DNA of 54,294 nt from a virus (lineage: Duplodnaviria; Caudoviricetes): the IMG/VR virus record IMGVR_UViG_3300023082_000012, positions 1 to 54,294 of that record. One strand, given 5' to 3'. Positions 1 to 8,715 of this stretch are shown piece after piece; the first letter of the stretch is position 1; the number at the start of each line of letters is the position of its first letter. The notes beneath the pieces are model-generated. The model was not told the DNA's origin, made no database searches, and saw only the letters and a list, made by a program, of their open reading frames with translations. Both the position numbers and the translations under genes were made by a program.

Positions 1-2
1 CA

Positions 3-1133
3 TATCGTATGCCCGTAAAAAAATTAGAAAAATCATATTCCGAATTTTTAGGGGTTGAATCCAAAGCATTATCTAAAATAAAGATAAAGGTAACGGATTG
101 GGTAAGTGCAACCACTTGGATAAGAAAAGAGATAGATGAGCAGAAAGATGATGCCGCCCGAATAAAAACAAGGATGTATTACCCTACATGTACGGAGGAC
201 TGTTTTTTAACGGAATCTTCGAACCCATTCAACGTTAATAGGGCTGCCGTTACATTAGGAAAAATAAAATCCAATCCTACTTACAGGTTAATGGAATTTG
301 ACTTGGGTGACAATGGAAAGGTAAATTACAGACTGACACCTGAAAAACCGATAGCGGGAAGAGAATACGAAAATAAGGATATAGACGCACCTTTTATGGT
401 GTTTGGAGAAATACCTGATAAAAGGCCCCCAAAACACACAAACATATCTGGTTTTGATGATTACAAGACGACCACGGCCATAGAGGCAAAGTCTTTGGGT
501 GCTTTCTACATATTAGGCAGGAGGAGCATTGAACTTGATCAACCTATAGAAAAAATCAGGTTAAGTTATGTAGCAAGACCACATTCAAGCCATAATACGC
601 TTTACTCAAACATAGTAAAGGCTACCAACGTTTACGCCGCTACATGTAACATGGAGAGCATTGATGTTGGTTACGCAGGGTATCTTGAGACACTTGGATA
701 CCCAATGTACGATTTTCTAGGTCCAAACCTAAGCCCTGGTAATGAGACTATAAGTATAGGAGGAAAGAACCTTAATTCAAAATTTGGCACTTACCCGACA
801 GGTCCTAACAAAGAGTATATGATGAACCTCGTAATCTCTTACACGGAGGAGGAGGTAACCATAGGATTTACTGAGGACGGTCACCCCATAACCAAATTTG
901 GTATGGAATTTATAGAGGATCCTTGGCTACTTGAAGAAATGATAAGCTACACACCAGGAAAAGGTAACTATGACCGTATAATAGCATTCGGATGGGCTTT
1001 GGTATACGCTAGGGCCTTGGACAAAAATAACGTACGACCAAAAGAAGAAAAACCAAAAAGTACAGCCAAGAAGTCTGCCAAAGGTTTTGTCAATTTTGCG
1101 GGAAAGGGTTTCAAAAATTTTGGGCTCAGATAG
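3..1133 (+). CDS. terL: Terminase large subunit, C-terminal RNase H-like nuclease region (5'-partial)
   Basis: The frame is open from the window edge. It has acidic nuclease-type motifs (ISGFDDY, CNMES, GNYDRIIAFGWAL) and lies directly upstream of the portal, as in crAss-like phages. Confidence 0.85.
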   Translation, partial: YRMPVKKLEKSYSEFLGVESKALSKIKIKVTDWVSATTWIRKEIDEQKDDAARIKTRMYYPTCTEDCFLTESSNPFNVNRAAVTLGKIKSNPTYRLMEFDLGDNGKVNYRLTPEKPIAGREYENKDIDAPFMVFGEIPDKRPPKHTNISGFDDYKTTTAIEAKSLGAFYILGRRSIELDQPIEKIRLSYVARPHSSHNTLYSNIVKATNVYAATCNMESIDVGYAGYLETLGYPMYDFLGPNLSPGNETISIGGKNLNSKFGTYPTGPNKEYMMNLVISYTEEEVTIGFTEDGHPITKFGMEFIEDPWLLEEMISYTPGKGNYDRIIAFGWALVYARALDKNNVRPKEEKPKSTAKKSAKGFVNFAGKGFKNFGLR

Positions 1134-1191
1134 TAAAAATAATTCAATATTAGAAAACTTTAATATATTTTTAACTATAAATAGTTTTTAA

Positions 1192-1199
1192 TATATTTG
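1192..1199 (+). promoter_or_regulatory. Bacteroidota-type sigma70 -7 element (TATATTTG) before portal
   Basis: Matches TAnnTTTG and ends 5 nt before the ATG at 1205. No clear -33 TTTG. Confidence 0.5.
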
Positions 1200-1204
1200 T
1201 TGCC

Positions 1205-3943
1205 ATGCAATATTACCACCAAGGAGGCGTACTGGACGAGTTACCCCCGTTGATATTTGACAAATCGACAAGGGACAACAAAAAATTCAGGGAATCGGTA
1301 CTCAACGCATTTGAAAACATAGCCTTACAACAGTTCAGGTACAACATAGAGGAGTTCGACGACTTTTATAAGATGTATGACGGATCCCTTTCCCACAAGG
1401 AACTGAAACTCATGGCTCCCCAGTTTGAACACATGGCGGATCTGCTTGACAAAGCCGAACTTCCTTCAAACGTGAGGCATTGGGACATACTGGGTGCCAT
1501 CATAAACACTTTGGTCGGTAAACTCATAATGATGCAGGATAAGTTCGTCGCCACCGACACCGGTGAGATTGCGGAGAATGAATTCCTTGAGCAGTTGAAC
1601 ACACAGTTCAGGAGAAGCCTTGAAGAGGTGATAAACAACAAGATTCGGTTGGGACTGGCCGAAAAAGGCATAAACCCCGAAACCATGGGCAACATGGGAC
1701 CCGAAGAGCAACAGCAGTATCTCCAGATGGTGGAGGCCGAGAAAAGGAAAATTGTATCCGACCAACAACAAAGGTTGGCTGAAACCGCAAAATACAAAAC
1801 ACAGGGAGTAATATGGTCGGAGGCCACCCTGGAAAAAGACAAGGAAGAACTGGCCTTTGAAAAACAATACAGGGAACTGTTTAAACAGTATCTTTTATCT
1901 GGCGTATGTGCCAAGGTGGTAAAGATCGTCTATGACACATACAAACCTTTCGTGTGGGACAGTAGATCTGTTTTCCACTCAAAAGACTTCGGAAAAGAAT
2001 ACCTACAGGACTTCCAATATGCGGGAAGGTTACACTACCAGACACCCGCACAGGTAATAGAGGAATATGGGATGTATATAAATCCCAAAGTACAGAAGGA
2101 ACTATTGCAGGGAGACGAAACCTGGAAAACCCTGATCGACATACAGAATCCGAGGGCGGGTTTTCAGTCGATGTTGGACAAAAATTTTCACCAAGGTTTC
2201 ACCGTACCCTATCTGGGATACGACAATATGCTTTTCCATAAAAGGATAGAGGAATTGTCCGGACTTCCCATGGGTGAGATAATAGCTTACGACGAAAACC
2301 ATAACCTAAGGGCTTACACAGACTACATACCAAGGGACGGACTAAACACCTATTTCAAGTGGGGAGCCCAATACCTTGAGGACAGGTTCATGCTGTCAAC
2401 CCAGATATGTCAGGTAACGGAGGTTTATTTCAGGGCCATGGAATACGTGGGGTGGCTGACCTATCCGACTGAATATGGCGATTACGTAACGGTCGAGGTC
2501 ACGGAGGATATCCTTCCCGAATTTCTGGCCGAAAACAACATAAAAAGGACCTACAAGGAATCCTATGACGACATGGTGAAGGAATTCAAGCCTGACACCC
2601 TTGTTTGGCAGTTAAGGCCGGTCGTCGGTTGGGGAGTAAAGATTTCTTCCGGTAACAAAGTTGATCCTATATTTATAGGAGTGGAACCCATGGAAGTTCA
2701 GATAAAAGGGGCCAACGAATACGATGTAAAACTTCCGGTGACCGGTATGGTCGGACGTTCATTGGCAAAGAAAATAAGTCCTTGGCAGGAAATGTTTAAT
2801 TATGCCTGGAACCAGATCAGGACACTGCTTGAAAAAGAATTGGGCATGTTCTTTATGATGCCCGTCGAAAACATACCTTCCATGTTCTCCGAAAACGGCG
2901 ACGCAAGGGAAGCGTTCATGGACATGAGGAACTACGCCAAAAACGTGGGGCTCATGCCTATAGCGACCGACGCGGAAAACGTGAACAGACAGTTTAACCA
3001 GTTTGCCACCTACAACGTAAGCCATGGTTCCGAGATACAATCAAGGTACCAATTGGCCAACATTTGTAAACAGGAAGCCTATCTTGCCATAGGGGTAAAT
3101 CCGATGGAAGGCGTACAACCACAGCAATATGCCACAAACGAGGGGATAAAGGTCAGCCAGGAGGCAATGCAACAGCAGATAGCATACATATATGAAGATT
3201 TTAACGGCTTCATAAAAAATGACTTGATACACCACCTTTCAGTCGCACAGTACGCACAGTCCAACAATATGGATAAAAGCCTTTACTACACAAAAAGTGA
3301 TGCATCCATACAATGGCTGAAAAACGTGGATCCTAACCTCCCTTTGAGACGGTTGGGCATAACGGTAACTGACAACAACAAGAAACGTAAGGAAATTGAG
3401 GCCATAAGACAATTCCTCATACAACAGGGTAATACCATGCAGATGGACAGTCAGGAAGCCATAAGGCTATTCACGGGTGACACCATGAGGGAACTGTTTT
3501 CCATAGCCGAAGAGGAAAGGGCATTACGTCAGGAACGTGAGCAGATAGCCCATGACAGGCAGATGCAACAGATTGAGGCACAAAACCAAGGAAAATTACA
3601 GGCAGACCAACAGGCATGGTTATTACAGGAAGAGACCAACAAACTTGAAAGACAGAACAGGTTGGACGTAAAAACCATAGACGCCATAGGAAGGGCTGCC
3701 GACAAGGACGGAAATGCAGAGGATTTCGATATGATTATCAAGACCTCGGATTCTTTAAGGGCTGACAAGAAGGTACAGTTTGACCAAGAGGCAAGACTAA
3801 AGGAAATCGAAATCCGAATGGAAGACAACAGACTAAGGATGGAACAGCTTCTGACAAGCAACGAGCTCAAAAGAAAAGATCAACAGTTAAAGGAAAAGGA
3901 CATAAATTCAAAAGAAAGAATTGCCTTATACAATAAGAATTAG
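1205..3943 (+). CDS. Portal protein (crAss-like, 912 aa)
   Basis: Follows terL. Mostly helical with a long Q/E/K-rich C-terminal coiled coil, and has HWDILGAIINTLVG and PWQEMFNYAWNQI segments typical of crAss-like portals. Confidence 0.85.
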   Translation: MQYYHQGGVLDELPPLIFDKSTRDNKKFRESVLNAFENIALQQFRYNIEEFDDFYKMYDGSLSHKELKLMAPQFEHMADLLDKAELPSNVRHWDILGAIINTLVGKLIMMQDKFVATDTGEIAENEFLEQLNTQFRRSLEEVINNKIRLGLAEKGINPETMGNMGPEEQQQYLQMVEAEKRKIVSDQQQRLAETAKYKTQGVIWSEATLEKDKEELAFEKQYRELFKQYLLSGVCAKVVKIVYDTYKPFVWDSRSVFHSKDFGKEYLQDFQYAGRLHYQTPAQVIEEYGMYINPKVQKELLQGDETWKTLIDIQNPRAGFQSMLDKNFHQGFTVPYLGYDNMLFHKRIEELSGLPMGEIIAYDENHNLRAYTDYIPRDGLNTYFKWGAQYLEDRFMLSTQICQVTEVYFRAMEYVGWLTYPTEYGDYVTVEVTEDILPEFLAENNIKRTYKESYDDMVKEFKPDTLVWQLRPVVGWGVKISSGNKVDPIFIGVEPMEVQIKGANEYDVKLPVTGMVGRSLAKKISPWQEMFNYAWNQIRTLLEKELGMFFMMPVENIPSMFSENGDAREAFMDMRNYAKNVGLMPIATDAENVNRQFNQFATYNVSHGSEIQSRYQLANICKQEAYLAIGVNPMEGVQPQQYATNEGIKVSQEAMQQQIAYIYEDFNGFIKNDLIHHLSVAQYAQSNNMDKSLYYTKSDASIQWLKNVDPNLPLRRLGITVTDNNKKRKEIEAIRQFLIQQGNTMQMDSQEAIRLFTGDTMRELFSIAEEERALRQEREQIAHDRQMQQIEAQNQGKLQADQQAWLLQEETNKLERQNRLDVKTIDAIGRAADKDGNAEDFDMIIKTSDSLRADKKVQFDQEARLKEIEIRMEDNRLRMEQLLTSNELKRKDQQLKEKDINSKERIALYNKN

Positions 3944-4007
3944 AAAAAATTAATATTAAAATTTTCCAATAAACCAATATTAGAAAATAGTAATAATGTT
4001 AAGAAAG

Positions 4008-4038
4008 TTGTAAAATTGAATAAACTAAAATAAATTTG
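4008..4038 (+). promoter_or_regulatory. Putative Bacteroidota promoter TTG-N20-TAAATTTG
   Basis: TTG at 4008-4010 and TAAATTTG at 4031-4038. It sits unusually close to the ATG at 4040. Confidence 0.45.
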
Positions 4039-4039
4039 C

Positions 4040-5173
4040 ATGGTCGAAAAGGATGTAGCAACGTTCTCACTTGGTGATTTTTCAAAACCACCTATAGAGG
4101 AAGTTAAGCCAAATAAATTAGGCGACATAGAAATAGAGGGTATCCCACCTACAATAGATGAGGATCCGAAAGAAGGGGACGTCAATAATGGCATACCCCC
4201 AGTCACTTTAACTACTGAGGAAGAGGACAAGACAGAGACTCCTCCCGTACAGACTGGAGGACAGACTTACTTACGGGACATATTAAAGCAGTTCGGAATA
4301 GAAAGCTTTGAAATCGACGGCGAGAATGAAGGAGAAGTAGTCGAGGTAAACGTTGACGAGGCGGAACTTACCTTAGGACAGGTCCAGGAACTTGTAAAAA
4401 TGAAGTCCACTTCCGAATTGGAAGAACTAAAAAAAGGAAGTGTATCCCTAAAGGAACTTTCCGAAGAGAGAAAGACCGTAATCAACTTCATAGCAAAAGG
4501 CGGCGATCCCCGTGAATTGATAAAGATTCACGAACAGCAGTCCAACTTAAGGGAATATAACCTTGACCTTGAAGAAGATCAGATAGATATACTAAAGGAA
4601 TATTACAAGGTAAAGGGTACGGACCCGGAAGAAGCCGAAATGACCCTTGAAGGTCTGAAGGTGAAGGGTAAGATAGCCGAATCTGCGGAAAAGGCGGCCA
4701 CCCAGTTAGAGAAGTATTTCAAGGATGCGGAGGATGCACAGATAAAAGCCCTCGACGAAGCCAGAAAAGTACAGAAGGACGCCTTGGACAAATATTCCAA
4801 GGAGTTTAAGGGAAAAGCCAAAAACGAATTTCCTGATTTCGACGAAAAGGCAATCAAGACGCTTTCGGAATTTGCCTCAAAGAAAATCAAGACTGATACG
4901 GAAGGCGAGTTTTATGAAATGGACAAGGTCTACCAACAAAAAAGATCGCATCCCGATTTCGCTCCGGAATTGGCATTGTACTTAAAGGACAGGGAAAAAT
5001 TCATAGAGTATATCACCAAAAAGAAGGTGACGGAAGTTAAGCTTGACGCCGCAAAAAAAATAGGTGTTTTAAGGCTTACAAACGGATCCAACTCAAAAAT
5101 AAACGATAAGACAAAGTTTGAAAAAAACAACTCCAACGAGATAGGTCTTGACGAATTTCAAAAAAGAGGTTAA
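4040..5173 (+). CDS. Acidic scaffold-like capsid assembly protein
   Basis: Disordered acidic N-terminus and helical C-terminus, located between portal and major capsid. Function is inferred from position. Confidence 0.6.
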   Translation: MVEKDVATFSLGDFSKPPIEEVKPNKLGDIEIEGIPPTIDEDPKEGDVNNGIPPVTLTTEEEDKTETPPVQTGGQTYLRDILKQFGIESFEIDGENEGEVVEVNVDEAELTLGQVQELVKMKSTSELEELKKGSVSLKELSEERKTVINFIAKGGDPRELIKIHEQQSNLREYNLDLEEDQIDILKEYYKVKGTDPEEAEMTLEGLKVKGKIAESAEKAATQLEKYFKDAEDAQIKALDEARKVQKDALDKYSKEFKGKAKNEFPDFDEKAIKTLSEFASKKIKTDTEGEFYEMDKVYQQKRSHPDFAPELALYLKDREKFIEYITKKKVTEVKLDAAKKIGVLRLTNGSNSKINDKTKFEKNNSNEIGLDEFQKRG

Positions 5174-5190
5174 AAACAAAATAAAAGATA

Positions 5191-6954
5191 ATGATTCAAA
5201 CAATCCAGAACGATAATTTCCTCTCATTATATGGAGGAGGAACCATAAACGGCGACAACGTCGTAGGCTTCACTTCCCCTGCGGCACTGAAGCGTATGAT
5301 AGGTGGATATCAGGATAAGGCAAGCGTTTTGTCCAATATGTTCAGCCCTGACGACGAAAAGGCCCACGATACATATCTGGGAGTGGTAAATTTGATGGCC
5401 ACTACAACCAAGGTGGACCTTCCGTTATTGACGGACATGTTGAGTGAACGTAAAGTATTGAAGATTAAGCCAGAGGGTAGGGTAACTTATGATTTGCCCA
5501 TACCAAAGGATGCCAACGAAGCTGCCATGGTAACGGTGGATACTTCACAACAGGCCGCAAAAGGTACGTTGGGTGTGGAAAACGTTCCTTTCTATATTAT
5601 ATTGGATACGCCTTACACAAGCGGTGACTTCCTTAAACCAGATCCTACGGGACCTTATATGGTTAGGGTGAGTACGGAGACACCCGTAGAGCCTTACGGT
5701 GACTATTACAAGCACTGGGTGTCTTATACGGGTAACGGTAAAAGTAGGGATTTTCCTTCACAATACCTTAAATCCGGTAACAGATGGTACAAAATCGGTC
5801 ACAAGAACGGCGAGTACGGAACAGAATTTAGCACAATCACCTCAAAATACAATGCACCGGGATTCATCCGTATGCAATGGACACCTTCTTCTGTAAGAAC
5901 GGTAGAGGTTGCCTACACACGCCAGGCTGGTCGTATTTCTTCCAATGCCGCTTACCAATTGAAACAGTCTACGGTTGAAAGCTTGAATGACAAGTTGTTT
6001 GACATGGGAGGCTTTGACGAAAAAGGCGCGATGTTCTCAGGTACTTATAATGCCGAGAAAAAGAGTTTGCAGGTAGCCCGTGTGGACTCGACTTTGGAGT
6101 ATTTGGCTATGGTGGAGCTTACAAAGATGGAAGCTTGGGAATTGATGTTTGCCGAACTTTTTGAAGAAAAAGGTGCGGAAGGCAACATCAAAATGAACGA
6201 AGGTCTGTGGAGACAATACCGTAGAGGTAAAATCATCACTTACTCGCGTCCTGGTGGTTTGACTTTAGCCCACTTACAGGAAGCTGCCTCTTACTACTTC
6301 AAGAATGACAATACCCCTTTACAGAACAGGTACATCACCTTCAAAGGTGGATTACAGGTCGTAAACAATGGTGTAGCCTTATTGAACAACTACGCAGTAA
6401 ACCAGTTGAGCGCATTACCTGTATCCTTGATGGGACAGACAACAGTATTGACGGGCAACGACCAAAAAGTAGTGACCGGACCGGTTGGTGACATGACTTT
6501 GCGTAGGACTAACTTCACGGAAGTATTCTTGCCTAACATAGGCTACGTTAAATTTGTACACGATCCCGCATTTGACTTTAACTTTGGAACAAGCGATCCA
6601 AGGGTTTCAGGCTACGAAGGTATGGGCGTAAACAGGAATACCTACACTTTGGTTGTGGATACAATCAGTACGAGGGGTTCAAACGATGCCTACAAAAGTA
6701 TCAACGGTGCCAGATTGGTTAACGGTGGTAAAGAAAACAGCCCTGTGTACTATGTTACCCCTGAAGGACAGAGCCACGTAACCTGGGGTCGTTCAAACGG
6801 ACGTGCACCAGGTGCGGGACAGATCCAGACAAACATCAGCTCCGCATTGAAATATATGGGAACGGAATTCTGGTGTTACTCTGAGTCGGATGTAATCTTG
6901 CTTGACACGACACGTTGTGTGGTAATCGAGTTACAGGATACTTACGCATCCTAA
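5191..6954 (+). CDS. Major capsid protein (crAss-like HK97 fold)
   Basis: 587 aa at the MCP position, followed by a hairpin. The EGLWRQYRRG and FVHDPAFD segments resemble crAss-like MCPs. Confidence 0.8.
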   Translation: MIQTIQNDNFLSLYGGGTINGDNVVGFTSPAALKRMIGGYQDKASVLSNMFSPDDEKAHDTYLGVVNLMATTTKVDLPLLTDMLSERKVLKIKPEGRVTYDLPIPKDANEAAMVTVDTSQQAAKGTLGVENVPFYIILDTPYTSGDFLKPDPTGPYMVRVSTETPVEPYGDYYKHWVSYTGNGKSRDFPSQYLKSGNRWYKIGHKNGEYGTEFSTITSKYNAPGFIRMQWTPSSVRTVEVAYTRQAGRISSNAAYQLKQSTVESLNDKLFDMGGFDEKGAMFSGTYNAEKKSLQVARVDSTLEYLAMVELTKMEAWELMFAELFEEKGAEGNIKMNEGLWRQYRRGKIITYSRPGGLTLAHLQEAASYYFKNDNTPLQNRYITFKGGLQVVNNGVALLNNYAVNQLSALPVSLMGQTTVLTGNDQKVVTGPVGDMTLRRTNFTEVFLPNIGYVKFVHDPAFDFNFGTSDPRVSGYEGMGVNRNTYTLVVDTISTRGSNDAYKSINGARLVNGGKENSPVYYVTPEGQSHVTWGRSNGRAPGAGQIQTNISSALKYMGTEFWCYSESDVILLDTTRCVVIELQDTYAS

Positions 6955-6971
6955 AAAACAAAAGATAAAAC

Positions 6972-6996
6972 TGGGGGAGTCGTAAGGATTCCCCCA
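6972..6996 (+). terminator. Hairpin after MCP (terminator or processing/stability stem)
   Basis: TGGGGGAGTC-GTAAG-GATTCCCCCA forms a 10-bp stem. No strong U-tract follows on the + strand. Confidence 0.55.
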
Positions 6997-7018
6997 ATAT
7001 TATAAAAATATTATATAG

Positions 7019-7049
7019 TTGCTAAACCCCTATGCTTTAAGTAATTTTG
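7019..7049 (+). promoter_or_regulatory. Putative Bacteroidota promoter TTG-N20-TAATTTTG
   Basis: TTG at 7019-7021, TAATTTTG at 7042-7049, ATG at 7068. Confidence 0.55.
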
Positions 7050-7067
7050 GGGAATAAATATAGCAAT

Positions 7068-8036
7068 ATGGCAAAGAAACAAGACAAAGGCAAAAAACTA
7101 CTTTTTTCGGTTGACGGATTCGAGGTTTATTCGGATTCAGAGTACAGGGTAGAAAAAAAGATAGACAGGTCTGCACCGGCAGAATTGGTCAAGCTTGGAT
7201 CGGGAAAATATCCCGGGGCGACAGACACCGTAGTGTGTCCATTTAACCAACATGGTGGTGTTTATGATACGGGATTTTACGATGCGTCGCCAATGTATTT
7301 TGATACTGACGTAAACGATACATCCGAGACTGTAAAGGCCCGAGTGGAAAACGTGTTGAAACCTTTTTTAAGGATTCGCGGATTTAGCCACAACGATAAA
7401 TTTACACCAAGTGACTGGGTAAGTTGGGACAGCTTTTTGATAGAGCTTAGAGAACTTGATGTTTTCAATACAAGAAACCCTGACGACGTGATGAAATTAT
7501 ATATTGCGTTGGTAGGAAAAAAATTGTCACCACCAGATTTTGAGGAAAGTTCCGAGTACGCTTCCGCAAACTTCAAGGTAATCAACCTAAACGAGAATGT
7601 CGAGAAGAAAAGCACACACAGCCTTAAATTAAAAGAGGCAGACGGTATCTTCATAACATTGCTTAGGAATGACAGGGATAAATTGATGGACGTTCTTTCT
7701 TACATAGAAAGGGTAAATGTCCCGGACAGCCCTTCGGATCACACTTTGGATGTTATATTTGAAGAATTTGTAAAACCAAGTACAAACAGTCTTGACAAAT
7801 TTTTTGAAGTATATGAGAAAACAGCTACGGAAGATGGCGCAACGGAGATAAAACTCCACAGGATTATCCAGGTAGCATTAAGGTTAAAGGATAAGGATTA
7901 TACCTCATTGAGGGGATCCATTTCCTATAAAGGAAAAGAGATAGGAAAATCGGCCAAGGACGCAGCCTCCAATCTCGTAAAATTAAAGGAACTTTCGGAC
8001 ACGTCGGATGAAATCATCTTAAGTAAACGTAAATAA
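7068..8036 (+). CDS. Conserved crAss-like protein downstream of MCP (function unknown)
   Basis: Long ORF coupled to the next gene (TAATG). ATG 7068 is preferred because the TTG at 7047 lies inside the promoter element. Confidence 0.6.
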   Translation: MAKKQDKGKKLLFSVDGFEVYSDSEYRVEKKIDRSAPAELVKLGSGKYPGATDTVVCPFNQHGGVYDTGFYDASPMYFDTDVNDTSETVKARVENVLKPFLRIRGFSHNDKFTPSDWVSWDSFLIELRELDVFNTRNPDDVMKLYIALVGKKLSPPDFEESSEYASANFKVINLNENVEKKSTHSLKLKEADGIFITLLRNDRDKLMDVLSYIERVNVPDSPSDHTLDVIFEEFVKPSTNSLDKFFEVYEKTATEDGATEIKLHRIIQVALRLKDKDYTSLRGSISYKGKEIGKSAKDAASNLVKLKELSDTSDEIILSKRK

Positions 8037-8701
8037 TGACAAACGAGGAGTTATACATAGCCGTACAGGACTTGGTAAACCAAAACTCCACGAACAATAA
8101 CATAGCACTCGACAAGCCCCGTTTTATAGATTTGTACAACACATTTGTACCAAAATATATAAAGTACACGCTAGCGAAAGCCAACCAGAGCGACATAAGG
8201 AACATATCTTTTCTGTTGGAACGAAAGAACCTACAGAAGGTAGATGAAACCGAAAGGTACAATTCCTACTCAAGACCGGACGATTACTTTGATTTTTCAA
8301 ACATATTCCCGGTATTTTCTTCGGAAGGGTGCAAGCTGGATTGTGAAGTGGCGAGGGAGGTAAGGTCGGATGAAGTTGACCTGTATTATTCGGACAAATA
8401 CAATGAACCGAATTTCAAGGTTGCGGAAACGATTTATCACCAGAGCGCAAAAGGCTGGGATATCTACAAAAAAGGGTTCGAGATCGTAAAAGTAGAACTG
8501 CTTTACTACAAAGTTCCCACAAAGATTGATATTCCGGGTTGGATACACGAGGACGGAACACAGTCTACGGACATACAGAACGACCTTCCCGAAAACATAA
8601 TATTTGACGTGGCTCTAATGTTGGCAAAAATATTCGCGGGAAGCAGGGAAGAAATGCAAAAGTATAACATACTAAGTAACGAGTTAAATTCTAAAAAATA
8701 A
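8036..8701 (+). CDS. Head-tail ring/adaptor protein
   Basis: 221 aa with the MTNEELY start and the RPDDYFDF and LLYYKVPTKIDI motifs, like crAss-like ring proteins; synteny agrees. Confidence 0.6.
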   Translation: MTNEELYIAVQDLVNQNSTNNNIALDKPRFIDLYNTFVPKYIKYTLAKANQSDIRNISFLLERKNLQKVDETERYNSYSRPDDYFDFSNIFPVFSSEGCKLDCEVAREVRSDEVDLYYSDKYNEPNFKVAETIYHQSAKGWDIYKKGFEIVKVELLYYKVPTKIDIPGWIHEDGTQSTDIQNDLPENIIFDVALMLAKIFAGSREEMQKYNILSNELNSKK

Positions 8702-8715
8702 AATAAAGAAAAAAT

